From assembly GCA_016209085.1 (NCBI GenBank), contig JACQWV010000017.1:1-60339 (forward strand): a stretch of DNA of 60,339 bases, in the 5' to 3' direction. Source of the DNA: Elusimicrobiota bacterium. GTDB lineage: Bacteria > Elusimicrobiota > Elusimicrobia > Elusimicrobiales > UBA9959. Both the position numbers and the translations under genes were made by a program. The notes below the pieces were generated by a model. The model was given only the letters and a program-made list of their open reading frames with translations. It was not told the DNA's origin and searched no databases. This document shows, piece after piece, positions 1 through 12,800 of the stretch. Position 1 is the first letter of the stretch; every line of letters starts with the position of its first letter.

Positions 1-1
1 A

Positions 2-877
2 AAAAGCGGGGATTATAAGGATTTTCTTTCCCGGCTTGAAGCTGGTTTGGATAAAACCGGAAGCAAATGCCTGGCGTGGTGCCTGATGCCGAATCATTTT
101 CATCTGCTTGTGTTACGCGGAGAAAGACCGCTTGCCGAGTTGATGCGCAGGGTAATGACAGGATATGCGGTAGGTTTTAATATAAGGTATAGAAGAAGCG
201 GCCATTTATTTCAGAATCGTTATAAGGCTGTGTTGTGCGATGCTGATGAATATCTTTTGGAATTGGTCGCATATATTCATCTTAATCCGGCGCGGGCAAA
301 AATAGTTAGAGGTATGGCGGGGCTGAAAAAATATCCGTGGAGCGGGCATAAAGCATTGGTTGGCGAAGGCAAAGCGGGTTTTATAGCCCGCGAGCAGGTG
401 TTGAGGCATTTTGGTTCAAGTCTACGGTCGGCGATGAAAAAATATGAAGAGTTTGTGGAAGAAAGAATCGGCAAATATAAAAGAGGCGAATATTCAGGGG
501 GTGGGTTGATAAGAAGCATAGGCGGGAAGGAAGCAGCTTTAAGTTTAATAAGAGGCGGGGAAAAAGAAGCGTTTGATGAACGGGTGCTTGGGGATGGGGA
601 TTTTGTGGAGAGGATCTTGAAAATGGAGGGACAAACAAGAAGTGAAGTAATGCCGCGTGAAGAGATTATCCGGGAAGTTGAAAGGCGAACCGGCATAAAG
701 TCCGATAAAATTTTCAGCGCCAGCCGAGAGAGGGCGGTATCGGCGGCCAGGGCGCTGTATTGTTGTTTAAGGAAGGAAAAAGGCCGGGCCAGCGGGGTGG
801 AACTGATGAAGGAGTTGAAAATAAGCTGCGGTGGGGTTGCAATGCTGGTGCAGAGGGGAAGAGGGTTTTGGAAATAA
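2..877 (+). mobile_element. REP-associated tyrosine (HUH/Y1) transposase, RAYT-like, with C-terminal helical extension; 5' end outside window
   Basis: Motifs CLMPNHFHLL (HUH), HLFQNRYK, YIHLNP, YPWSGH. Frame is open back to position 2 (KSGDYKDFLSRLE), so the TTG at 47 is probably not the true start. Confidence 0.9.
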
Positions 878-982
878 CTAAAAAACTAAACAACGTCCCC
901 TATCTCCCTATCTCCAAAAAAGGAGGTTGTGTTGTAAAGCATATCTGTCATTAAGATATGTAATATACAATACAAGGTAACT

Positions 983-1813
983 ATGAATAATAAAAAAATC
1001 GTTTCCTCATTCAACAATCCAGTTCCTATAGACTGGCGATTAACCAATTATTTCCAATTGTCTATAACAATATTGGTTTTTTTAATGTTGGTATGCCTGC
1101 TGTCATTTCAAAAGGTCTGGGCCAATTCTCCGGAAATATCGGCTATGCTGGGAAATCCAATCACACCAAACCGCGATGGCGTGTGCGACACCCTTAAGAT
1201 AATCATTGAAAATCCCAGCGATGATGCTTTTGACGCCCAAATATTCGATATATCTGGGAAGAGCGTTGCTCTTTTATCATCTACGGAGGGATCTGGCATG
1301 ATAACTTGGGATGGGAAGGGTTTGGACGGAATGGTTCTTCCCGCTGATGTGTACTATTTAGTTTTTTCAACAGGCGCTATATGGCACGATGTTCGCTTCC
1401 TTTTTGTCAACCTCGGTCATCCGGGAGAAACTATTTCCCTGTATATTTCAGGAATCCTACCCGGAAGGAAAGAAATTGCTGTAGATGGTTTTTGTTTTCC
1501 AACCCTTGAGGTTCCGGTGGCAACCATTACTTTGGTTGTTCAAGATTTAGCGTCGAATTCTGTATCCGCTATAGGGGGGCGAACAGTTATCATCGCTTTC
1601 AAAACTGCACAACCAGGAATTGCAAACATAATAATCAGTCAACATGGAAATATTTTATGGAAAACCCAGAAGCGAACTGATGGCCGTGTAGTAGAGGTTA
1701 TTATCTGGGATGGAACAGACATAACCGGAACCAAGGTTTCCAATGGGAATTATATCTTTCAAATTGTCGCTCCTGGAATCGATGTCACAAAGACGGTGGA
1801 ATTGGTGAGGTAA
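983..1813 (+). CDS. Exported protein with two FlgD-Ig/T9SS-CTD-like domains
   Basis: Hydrophobic N-terminus ending VWA; PITPNRDG..IFDISGKSV..WDGKGLDG..VYY and WDGTDITG..NGNYIF..VELVR. Confidence 0.75.
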   Translation: MNNKKIVSSFNNPVPIDWRLTNYFQLSITILVFLMLVCLLSFQKVWANSPEISAMLGNPITPNRDGVCDTLKIIIENPSDDAFDAQIFDISGKSVALLSSTEGSGMITWDGKGLDGMVLPADVYYLVFSTGAIWHDVRFLFVNLGHPGETISLYISGILPGRKEIAVDGFCFPTLEVPVATITLVVQDLASNSVSAIGGRTVIIAFKTAQPGIANIIISQHGNILWKTQKRTDGRVVEVIIWDGTDITGTKVSNGNYIFQIVAPGIDVTKTVELVR

Positions 1814-1817
1814 AAAA

Positions 1818-2564
1818 ATGCAAGCACTTAATACATTTGCCAAGTCATCTGTAATTTCCAGTGTAATTGGAATGATGGTTTTTCTGACAGGGGGGGCTTT
1901 TTGTGAAGCCATTTTACTTAATGATGGAACAACAGTTTATGGTACGCTTAAAGGGGCAAGCGGGGGCGTTATTTCGGTAAACACAAGCGATGGTGAGATA
2001 ATTCTAACCAGTGATCAAATTACGACAATTACTTTTACTGATGTTTTGTTTGATTCGCCGAGGAATGTGTATGGTAAAAAGAAATCAGATAAGAAACATT
2101 ATTCAATAGGAATTCAATACGCGGGGAATATGGATAATAAATTTGACGCTGGAGTGGGTTTTTCCTTGTATATTCAACATATATGGGACTCGGGGTTGGG
2201 GATTCAAACTAACTTGGGGTTTTATAGCGCAGAAACTGGTGCAATTAAATCGGGAGAAACTGATATTGAAGTAGGGTATTTATTTCCCATTATTTTGAAA
2301 TACAGATTGAGCAATTCTGCCTCTGTAGAACCGTTTGTGGGTATTGGATTATCTTATGGCAATTATGAATCAAGCAATTATATAGGCTTCATGAACTATG
2401 AGGAAGATTCAGGCAGCGGATTATCTCCTTTATTAAATGCATCTATAGTGTTGGGTGCAAATTCTCCATTTCATCTTGTGTTGGATTTAAAATATTTTAT
2501 CAATTCGCACACATCAAAAGGCAATGCGTTGTTCAGGGGAATTAGCATGGCAATCAGTTGGTAA
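1818..2564 (+). CDS. Outer-membrane beta-barrel protein (OmpW/OmpA-TM-like) with small N-terminal beta domain
   Basis: Signal peptide; LNDGTTVYG N-domain; amphipathic strands (PFVGIGLSY, LVLDLKY); C-terminal Trp. Confidence 0.65.
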   Translation: MQALNTFAKSSVISSVIGMMVFLTGGAFCEAILLNDGTTVYGTLKGASGGVISVNTSDGEIILTSDQITTITFTDVLFDSPRNVYGKKKSDKKHYSIGIQYAGNMDNKFDAGVGFSLYIQHIWDSGLGIQTNLGFYSAETGAIKSGETDIEVGYLFPIILKYRLSNSASVEPFVGIGLSYGNYESSNYIGFMNYEEDSGSGLSPLLNASIVLGANSPFHLVLDLKYFINSHTSKGNALFRGISMAISW

Positions 2565-2589
2565 GCAACTAATTTCAGGAGGATTTAAA

Positions 2590-3858
2590 ATGACTAAAAG
2601 TTTATGTAAAGTATTTTTAGTAACGCTTTTTATTTCTGTTTACTTGTTTCAAATAGGGTTTAGTGAAATTGAAGCGGGCACGCAGTCAATAAAGGGTTTG
2701 ATTGACGGCATTATGGCCGCAAGCGGAAAAGAAGAAAAAAATGAATATCTGCGGCTTCTTAAAAAAGATACTCCGCAAACCAAAGAGGAAAAGGATCTGC
2801 TTATAGATTTACTGAAAGAAGAAGACGCAGATGTAAAATGTGTGGCCATGGAATTATTGGGGAAACTTAAAGAGAAAAGAGCGACCAAAAAGATAATTCG
2901 CAATTTAAAAGATAAAAGCGACAAGGTGAAAATAACGGCAGCTACGGTTCTAGGGGAAATAGGGGACGAACGGGCAATAGACGCTTTGTTGGAAGATTCG
3001 GAGCTTATGGTTCTTGAGTTCGGCCAGTGTCCGGTTGCAAAGATGGGTGCAGCGGCTTTGCCCAAGCTTGCCGACCTTGCCGGGCGCAAAAGCATTCTTG
3101 GGCTTTTGCCAAAGCAGGATAAAAAAAGCCGGAGAAGCCGCAAGGCTGCGACCTGTATCGGGCAAATCAGGGATGAAAAAGCGGTGCCAACGCTTATGAA
3201 ATTATTAAAGGAAGACGACGAAGAAGTAAAACTTGGTGCTATTGAGGCATTGGCTTCCATGAAAGTAAAAGAAGCCGAACCAGAATTTGAAAAGATGCTT
3301 AATCAGAAGTATAAAGATGAATTTATACCACGGAGAATTATTAGAACATTAGCTTTTTCCAACAGTGAAAAATATGTACCAAAAATCTATAAAATGATGG
3401 ATAAAGAACCATCTTTAAAATTTGGCATGGCTAGATTATTAGGCGAACTGAAAGAAAAGACTGCTGTTGAAAAATTAGAAAAACTAATTAATGATGAGGA
3501 TGAATTTGTCCGTCATGCAGCAGCAGTAGCATTATGGAGAATAACTGGCAAAGTCTATAAACATAAAAAAGGTTCATTTGAAGAAAGCTGGGACATTGAC
3601 TGGATAAGGCGAATTAATGATGAACTTGAAAGATTCAGGCTTGAATTGAATGATATTGAAAAGCACAGAGCGAGTGGAAGAATGAACGAACAGGTTTATA
3701 AATTTTATAAGGAACATCACACAGAAGAAAAATTTAAGAAATATAACTTAGAAAATTTAAGAAAAGCGGCTCAGAAAGAAGGTGCCTTGTTAGAATACAA
3801 TAATATAGACGAAGTATTGGGTGAAATCAAAAAAAATCCAGGCAAGTATTCCTGGTAA
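2590..3858 (+). CDS. Exported HEAT/PBS-lyase repeat protein
   Basis: AGGAGG RBS before ATG 2590; signal peptide; repeats VKITAATVLGEIGDERAIDAL, VKLGAIEALASM, VRHAAAVALWRI. Confidence 0.85.
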   Translation: MTKSLCKVFLVTLFISVYLFQIGFSEIEAGTQSIKGLIDGIMAASGKEEKNEYLRLLKKDTPQTKEEKDLLIDLLKEEDADVKCVAMELLGKLKEKRATKKIIRNLKDKSDKVKITAATVLGEIGDERAIDALLEDSELMVLEFGQCPVAKMGAAALPKLADLAGRKSILGLLPKQDKKSRRSRKAATCIGQIRDEKAVPTLMKLLKEDDEEVKLGAIEALASMKVKEAEPEFEKMLNQKYKDEFIPRRIIRTLAFSNSEKYVPKIYKMMDKEPSLKFGMARLLGELKEKTAVEKLEKLINDEDEFVRHAAAVALWRITGKVYKHKKGSFEESWDIDWIRRINDELERFRLELNDIEKHRASGRMNEQVYKFYKEHHTEEKFKKYNLENLRKAAQKEGALLEYNNIDEVLGEIKKNPGKYSW

Positions 3859-3887
3859 CGTATTAAAATATGATTGGAAATAATATC

Positions 3888-6800
3888 ATGAAATTGACCG
3901 TAAGTATTTTGTTGATAATTTTTCCTAATTTATGCTTTGCCTGGGATAGTTTGTACTGGGAAAATCACAGACATATGACTGATGACGCAATAAAAGACTT
4001 GGGTATAGTTGAATATCCTGATTTAAACATGTACAAAGGGGCGTATTTGATAGGCGATGGTGTTGTTGAAGGTAGCACGGATGAAAGTTCCCATGTAAAT
4101 CCTGCGACAGGCAAAGAATGGGAAGGACCGTACGAGGAATGGAAGCGGCTGGCAAAAGAGAACTATAAGAATTTTAATTTTACAGGTGCGTATGATTATT
4201 TGGGATTTTATATTCACTTAAAACAGGATATAAATGTTCCTGCTCATATAAGAACATGTGCCCACGGAATCTTGTTTCACAAGGGTTCAATTTTTTCAAC
4301 AGATGAGCTTGAAAATTTTGCAAATGACAATCCTCCTGCATTTTATTTTACGCCTGTTTCAACAAAGACTTCATGGAAAAACTTTAACCAGGAAGGTTTT
4401 TATTATTCTTACTGGCTTAATGATGAGATGGATGATGATAATCATGATGAAATCCCTTACGACCCAGATGATGATAAATTACAGGATGGTCCTAATGCGT
4501 ATAATATTACCACAACTTGGGGAACTTATGGTGGTGGGAATCCATATGATAATGATTATCTCCCAGGCAATGATGAAGGTAAGGATTGGTACAATGGCAA
4601 CCTACAGGATTCTTCAATAGCCTATGAGCAGTTATACAATGCTTCTACGGTTACAAAAGTGGAATTGCAAAAATTTTCAAAAGAACTTCCGCCTTTAATC
4701 AGAAATCTTAAAATAGAGCCATCTACCCAACTTATTCCAATTATAGATCCGATTGCCGGCAGCAAAATAACCTTTGAAATGCTTGAAAACAGGAAGCCAA
4801 GGGTTACGCTTTTTATAACAGTAGATTATCCTTATGATAATCCTGCGGCTAAAGGTATAATTGCCCCTGAATACCGCACAGGCAAAATAATTGATTTGCC
4901 TGCCGGAACTGATCTGCCATGGCAGCAAAATTTTGAAGTAACCTGGAACGGGATGATGGAAGATGGCGGATATCTTCTTGAGGGTTTTCACGATTTATAT
5001 GTCACGCTTAAAGATGTGGACGGGAATGTTTTCACTCATGAAAAATACACTTTTGAAATCCGCCTGCCTAAAATTCTAATCCAGCACAAAGAGGTTTTAA
5101 ATTTCCCTGCAAATGTTGAGATTCCGATATTAGCGGCTGTCACCCCTCTTGGCCAAAGAAGCATAAAAAATGTCCAAATTTTTTACCGCAAGGCGCTACT
5201 TGGCGGTTTTTATACGCCAACTCCTATGTCACTGACAGAAGACAATATTTATCAGGGTTTTATTCCTGCAAATGCAGTAACAGCTGATGGTATTGAATAT
5301 TTCATTGCAGCAGAAGATACAGAAGGCAATATAGAAACATATCCTATAAACCTTACTATTCTGCCAAATTCATATATTGGCCAGGCCTTAAAAGTTAGTG
5401 TTATTGAGGCAAGCAACGGTGGGTTGATAGTAAGGGGTGATGCAGATTCCAGTAATGATTCAACAATAATAAGTTTTTACTTAGGCAGGAATATATTTGT
5501 ATATGCGGAATTATACAAGGCTACAAAGGATTGGAAGTCAGCCTCAGGCGATCCGAATATTTTTGAACCTTCTGAAATTATATCTACATTAGGCGCTGCG
5601 TCTGGAATAGGAAAATATTCCGTAAATTATACTCCTTTTCCGCTGACGCCTGCTTCCAATTATGTTGTTGTTTTAAGGAATAGTATTGACCCTTCGGATA
5701 TAGTCGGTTATGGCCGCATCATAGTTTGTGAACCTTATTCAGGGCTTGCCGTTTCCCAGCCTGTTAACAATTGGGTAAGCGCAAGCATATCCGGGGTTCC
5801 ACCGGATTCTGTCAATTTTTTCAAGGACGGGTCGCTTTTTGCCTGGGATCCAGGAACGCTGACAAACAATGTCTTCAATGCTCAGGTAACTGGCGGGGTT
5901 TATACTGCAGCGGCGTATAAGACAATTTCTGGGAATGATATCCCCATGGGGCATTCTGCAGTTCAACCGATTTCTGGTCCAATGATAATTATTTCCCCAG
6001 TGCCTTCGCCTCAATATATCGGAAGAGCAATACCTGTATCTGTTAATGTCTATTCAGATGTTGGCCTGACACAAGTTACATTAACCGGCATTGATGTCAC
6101 AGGCGGATTAATATCTGTTATGCTTCAGAATGCCGGCGGTAGTCTCTATACAGGAGCTATCCCTCCACAACAGTCGCAGGGACAGGTGCAGTATTATTTC
6201 CTGGCTGTTGATTCTGCTGGCCGGCAAACCACAAATCCTATTGATTATGCCTTGAATAAATATTCGTTTAATGTAGTTCCTGATGTTACGCCGGTGCGGA
6301 TAACCAAAACAATCCCTGGAAATGGGGCGGTTGATATTTCGCTTTTAGAACCGGTCAACGTTTTCTTTGACGATGATATATTAACCAACACTTTAAATGA
6401 AAATACAATTTCCGTTATTCAGGAAATAAGCGGGAAAACGGTTGGTGTTAAAGAGATATCGTATTACCATGCTGAGCGGAAGTTGACATTTACTGCTGAT
6501 CTTATGCCAGATACAAAATACAAGGTCTATATTAAATCGGATGTGCGTGATTTAGGCGGGAACGGACTTGTTGATGGAACAGTGCCTAATCCTTGGACAT
6601 TCACCACAACCAAAATTCTGCCGCCTGCTATAACCGGTATTAGGCAAGACCGAAAACATTTTAACGAAAGCACTCAAAACATGATCTTTTCAGCGGATGT
6701 ATCCACGCATTTGCCGATTGCGCAGGGTTTTATCATTTTGAAGAACCCTCAAAGCCAGGCGGAAGTTAAAATAAATGTTCCAATTGAAAAAGAAGCCGGA

Positions 6801-9800
6801 ACTGGGCGGTTTCTATTTAAATGGGACGGCAAAGATAATGAAGGAAATTTTATTCCCGAGGGAGAGTATGTTCCGAGTTTTGAAGTTATTGACGCAAAAT
6901 ACGGCCTAGTAGGAAGTTCGGAATTTCAGACAGTGGAGATTTTGATTAAAACGAAAACTATATTAGAACACGAAAGAACCGAGAACGTGGTGTTTGGACT
7001 TTATGGAGATTACGAGTGGATTGACTTTCCGCAAATGATCCGGGTTGAGGTTGATTATGTACTTGATTTTGGAACAAGTAGAGTGGAGGTAGAGTATAAC
7101 GGAAATACCACAAAAATCGGCAACAAGGACGACAGTTTCTGGGGACGCACAGCTTACAAAAATATATATATACCCTCTGCGACAATGATAAAGATAAATG
7201 GCCCAGACTCATGTGTTTTTGGAATTCCTTGTGATGACGAAACTAAAATTTCCTATAGACATCATGCTTCCAATATTTATCCCAATGAATTTAATCATAA
7301 GATAAATACTTTAAACGATGTTTTCCGCTCTTTAAACATTTTACAGCGCAATGAATCGCTCACAATACCATTTAAAATAGTGCCAGTGCCGAATGAACCG
7401 GGGGGATGGCAGGTAACCCATATAAGCGTGATAATGCCGGCGGAAAATATGGATTTTGACAATAATCCAGAGGTTGTAACGACTGTTCCCGGGTACGTTT
7501 TCGAATCTCAGCCCACTCCCAAGATTGAGACTTCCATAGTAGTCCAGAATGTCAGCCCCCCGATTGAGCCGTTCCTCATGGACAGAACGCCGCCTGCGAT
7601 ATCCTTGGCCGCAAAGTCCCATTTTTCTCCAGTAATGGCAAAGAATCTTGATGTTTCTGCTGTTTTTCAGGATAACTTAAGTTTTCCATTGAAAGATGTG
7701 ACCTTGGAGATAGTGGATGCGGATGACAATCATGTTAAGACACTACTGCAAAAACCATCAAGCGAATACTTTTCACAGACTCTTGTTTGGGATGGACGAG
7801 GAAGCGAGGAATACAATAGTTCACAGATCGTGCCTAATGGGATATACAGAGTACGCGGCAGTGCGAAGGATGAAGCCGGTAACACCACGGTCCAAAGCAT
7901 AAATGTTACTGTGGATTCTGTCGCGCCTGTTGTTCAAAATCCATTATTAGTTGCGCTGCCAGGGATGCATACTAAACCAAAGGTTTTTAATGCAACAGAC
8001 CAGAAACTCAATCTTACACTGGACTTATCTGATAATTTATCAGACCAAGTTGATTTAAAGATAGTGTTTTCCGACGCTGCTCAAATAGTACGTGATATTT
8101 CTTTTAGAGTTACCACTATTCCGCAGCATTTCAGTTTTGAGTTTGACTGGAAGGATATACAAGGAAACTTTTTCCCTGATGGCACTTATGTTGTATCCCT
8201 GCATGTCCTTGACAAAGCAGGAAACGAAGCTGTGTTGTCATTGCCCGATTTCCGCGTTGATCGAACAGCATCTGAAGTTACAGCTAAATTCGTGGATAAC
8301 CTCATTTTTACCCCAGATGATGGGCCATTGGGGTTGGGGGATGGTAACCGGGACAATGTCACACTGAACTTTGAATTGGCGGATACAGCTCTTATAACGA
8401 TTGGCATCGAAGATATTATAGTTAGAACTTTATGGGAGTTTCCGTATAGTCTCAATTTTGTGAAATCAGGCGCGTTTACATGGGATGGCAAGGTCAACGG
8501 CCTGTTTGTCAGCGATGGGAGTTATATTTTTAGAATAAAAACAGTGGATGATGTCGGAAATACGGCATCTGCCGCTCTTCCTGTAATCAAGAATGCTGTT
8601 CCGGCACGCATAGTTTTTCCACCTCGAGCCCAATCGTCTGCCGCAGTAGGAGGTATGGTTGTCATAAAAGGAATAGCTTTAGATCCGGGAATCAATAACA
8701 CTGCTGACTTTAAGAATTACAAGGTGTGGTTCCGGGAAGGAAGTGGGATTGACTTTTCCCTTCCAGAAAACAATCCCACCGATCCAGACAATACCATTTG
8801 GAAGCCGATACCTGTACCTGCCGGGAATCAAAGTGCGATTGACCCTGCCTATCCCAATTCTAATATTTCACTGCGGGCAGTGGCGAATACAACACTGGCA
8901 ATTTGGGATACAAAAGATTTAGCACAAAGTGCATTATTTACCATTCTGCTTGTAACCACTGATGGTTCTGGAGTTTCAAGCTTTGATTTCCGTGAAGTAA
9001 CAATTGACCCAAGCATTGATACGACAGCGCCAGGAGTACACATTACTGCTCCCATAACCCCAGTCCCACCTGTTCAATTCAGCATCGTATCGGAATCATC
9101 AAGGCTTGAAATTGTATGGACTGTGGAACAGGTCCCGGAGAAAAAGGCGGATATCAGCATGGAAATCTTTAAACTCAACGACACTGTCGGACCCAAGGTG
9201 GGAACCATTGTTTTGCGACAGGAATTCATGGGGCAATCTACAGGAAGGACATTTTCCTGGGATGGGCGGAACTATTTGAGGAGGTTTGTGGAAACCGGTC
9301 TTTATAGAATTCGAGTTACTGCGAAAGACGCCGATAATATGGGGGTTACATCAGACGAAGTGGATGTGCAGGTCACCCTTCAGTTAATGGAACCCCTAAA
9401 AGTCACAAAGTTTCAATCTTCCGATTCGGTTATCTCGCCCGGCGGATCCTCCGTTATTACTTACTCTCTGTCAAAAGAGAGCGTTGTTACCATCAATGTC
9501 TTTGATTCAGAGAAAAAGTTAGTGGGAACGCTGGTTAATGGAGTGACGACACCCGGGGTGGCGGAACAGACGGTTGAGTTTAAAAGCCTCCAAGAAGGTT
9601 TGTTCACAATAACTATTGATGCCGTGGCCACCGATGAACAATCCAGTAAAGACTCAGGTTCTCTCTCCATCGCGGTTACTGGTGGACTAGGGGCTGCTGT
9701 TGCAGATATTACCTTTCCCCCCGACGGCTCAATTTTGCACGGTGTTTCCAATTATAATTGGACGGCCACTGGGGTTGGCCGGTTCTTTCCACGAGAACAG

Positions 9801-12800
9801 TTATCTTTGGTGGATACCACACAGCAAGATTTTGATGCTGGAACAAAATTGAATCTTGTCAGCACAGTTAGCGGGGATATTGTTCTTCCCCTTAGGGGAA
9901 AATTACTATCCTCAGCATTTGACTGGAGTCAAGGAACGTTTCAAGAAACAACAATTAGTAACGATTCTGTAAAAATGGTTGACGCTGTGGAAGTTGTCAA
10001 TGAGGCCCTGTATTTTGAGGGGAGTGCGGGGAGTGTGAGTATTATAAAATCAGCGTTGGGGCAGCGGTTTCAGGTAAGGAACACAACTAAAATAACAAAA
10101 GTTGAAGTGAAGATGGCGGGTGGTGGTCTGCCTAATAGATGGAACATACCATTCACAATACGGAAAGATGTAAATGGCCATATTGGGGATGTAATTGCAA
10201 CCATATATGTTCCTGTGGAGACACTCTCATATAGTTGGCAAATGATATCACTTGTTCCTTCGGAGCCGATCCCGGTCCAGCAAGGAGACTATCTCTGGGT
10301 GGTGGCACCACAACCCCCTGGAGACTGGCGGTGGTACGGTCTTGTTCAATGGGCAACGAATTGGCAAAGTGGGCACCCGGTCGCAGATTATCCGCGTGGC
10401 TACGCTTATTTACAGGGGCAGTACGATTCCGCATTTGATTTCCAATTTAGGGTTTTCGAATTGAGTGGCGCTACTGAGGGAACATATGTCAGCGCACCCA
10501 TAGATACTCAGGTAGAAGAACCTCTTTGGGGAAACTTTACTGCCGATTTTCAATCTAACGAGCAAACCCTTAATTTTTTTGCCCAAGTAAGAAAAAATGA
10601 GGCAAGTTCTTGGAGTGAAGAGTTCATTCTAACACCGGGGATATCGATTGAGGGGCTGCGAGAGAGGTTTATCCGACTCGTTGCTCGATTCGCAAGAGAA
10701 AACCTGACAAAATCCGCCTTACTTAATAGCGCCAGCATCAACTGGCGTGTTCCTAAAGGCACCTTTATTTCACAGAAAAGAAGTGTAGACAAACATATCA
10801 TTCAGTGGGATGACTTCCGAGCAACTGATATTCCAATATATCCAGGAAGCATTGCCTATTATTTCAAAAGTGCGCCAACAGAAGCCGAACTTGAATCGGC
10901 GACCTGGACAGGAATTTTACCTGGCTCATTCCTTGACATATCTAATGCCAATCAACATATTCAATGGAAGGCGGACATGATGACATCGAGTTTCTCCGAT
11001 TCACCGGCGATTCAAGATGTAAGTATTTCATATACCAGGAGAGGGGTTGAGCAAGAGGAAATTTGGAAAAGTCAAATGGATCCGGTATTAGAAGATGGAA
11101 GGATCACAAGCTTCAGTAACGAATTCAATAATCGAGATGACCCTACCTTCTTTATTAGAGACTCGCAGCCCCTTATCATTGCCTTGGCCTACCCGGCTTC
11201 AATTCCGCCCATAGATCCAACTTTAAGGGATAAGATGACTTTTTTTAGCACCAACGGGCAAATCACTGACAATCCGTTCGTAGCGGTTGACGCAGATGAA
11301 TTAGGGTTTGGATGGAGTATTAACCTCTATTATCCTGACGGAACCCTTAACCCGGACCTATTTATTGATCGGCTTCTGTCCAAAGAATCTAACACAAATC
11401 ATGACGCAACAGGGATTCCAATTGATACCGATGATGAATTCAGGGTGAGGATTGCTCCTGGAGCCGCACCAAAATCCTTTATAGAATTAAAAGGCAATAC
11501 GTCGACAAATAGCCAAGGGTTCAAAAGCTATTCTCTTTTCTACAAGAAGCTTGGGGATATAACTTCTCGTTCCATACCGGTCCAGAGCCCGAACAAACCT
11601 GTAACCGGCAACGGCACTCTCGGTTTCTGGGATGTTACCGGTCTCAATGGTGAATTTGTGCTTAAGCTTATCGTTTTGGATGCGAATGGGACAACCGAGG
11701 TAATCCGCAACATTACAATTGGGAAGTCCGTACTAGGAGGACAAACCGCAGGACCGCCAATATATGTGAATAGTTCTTGGAACAAGGCCTATTTAGAATT
11801 TCCTAATAACTCTCTGGCGGAATCTACCATTATTACAATCACTCCAGTCCGTATTGAAAATACTGGTATCGCCATCAGTAGTACTATTCCCCAACCAATC
11901 GGAGCCGCCTATGATTTACAACCAAGGGGGATTAAATTTGTTGATCCTGAAAACCGACCTGCATATTTGACTGTTCGGTTTACCAGCGATGAACTGCTGG
12001 GAATTGATCCTGGCCAACTCACTATTTATGAAGTTCTAAGTGACGGGACTGTTCAGCCATTGGATGCGAAAGTAATATTTGATGAAAACGGCAATGGTAA
12101 GTTTGACCCTGAAGAAACTGCTACTATAACAAGTCCTGTTCGCCATTTTTCCTATTACCTCATTATACAAGAGGTCATGCCTCCAGTTTTTGACCCAGTG
12201 CCGAATTTAACCGCCCAGAGCTCTGCTATCCTGAGTGGAAAATCTGAACCCAATTCACTGATTGAAATTTTTTTAAATGGAGCGCTGATTGAAACTGTTC
12301 ATGCCGACAACCAAGGGAAGTATACTGGTGTAAAAGTGAATCTGATTGATGGAAAAAATATTATTAACGCGAAAGCGACAAGGATTTTAAATGAAAATTG
12401 GCGTAGAGCAAGCGCTTTTTCCCCGCCGTTAATCATTGAAAGAGATGCAAATTTGCCTGAAATCAGTATGTTGGCAATGACACAGACTTTTAAACCCCAG
12501 CTTGGAGAAAAGGCAAGATTAGATTATTCAATGACAAAAATTGCAAAAGTTTATAGCTTTGTGGAAACCAGCGATAGTGTCATTATTGCCCATTTGATTG
12601 ATGGAACCACACAATCAGCTGGTAAACAGTATTGTGAATGGAATGGTGTAGTGGATGATGGGCCATTGGCCACTGGCGGGTCTTATTATTTTTCCTTGAC
12701 CGTCGTTGATGCAGCGAGCAACACTGTATCTGCAAAATATGGACCTTTTGAGTTGATAAAAGATACTGTTGGTCCTACAACACTGGCTTTAATAGGAATG

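Noticed and set aside
2-877. IS200/IS605 element with tnpB
   Set aside because: No tnpB downstream; length and motifs fit RAYT rather than minimal TnpA.
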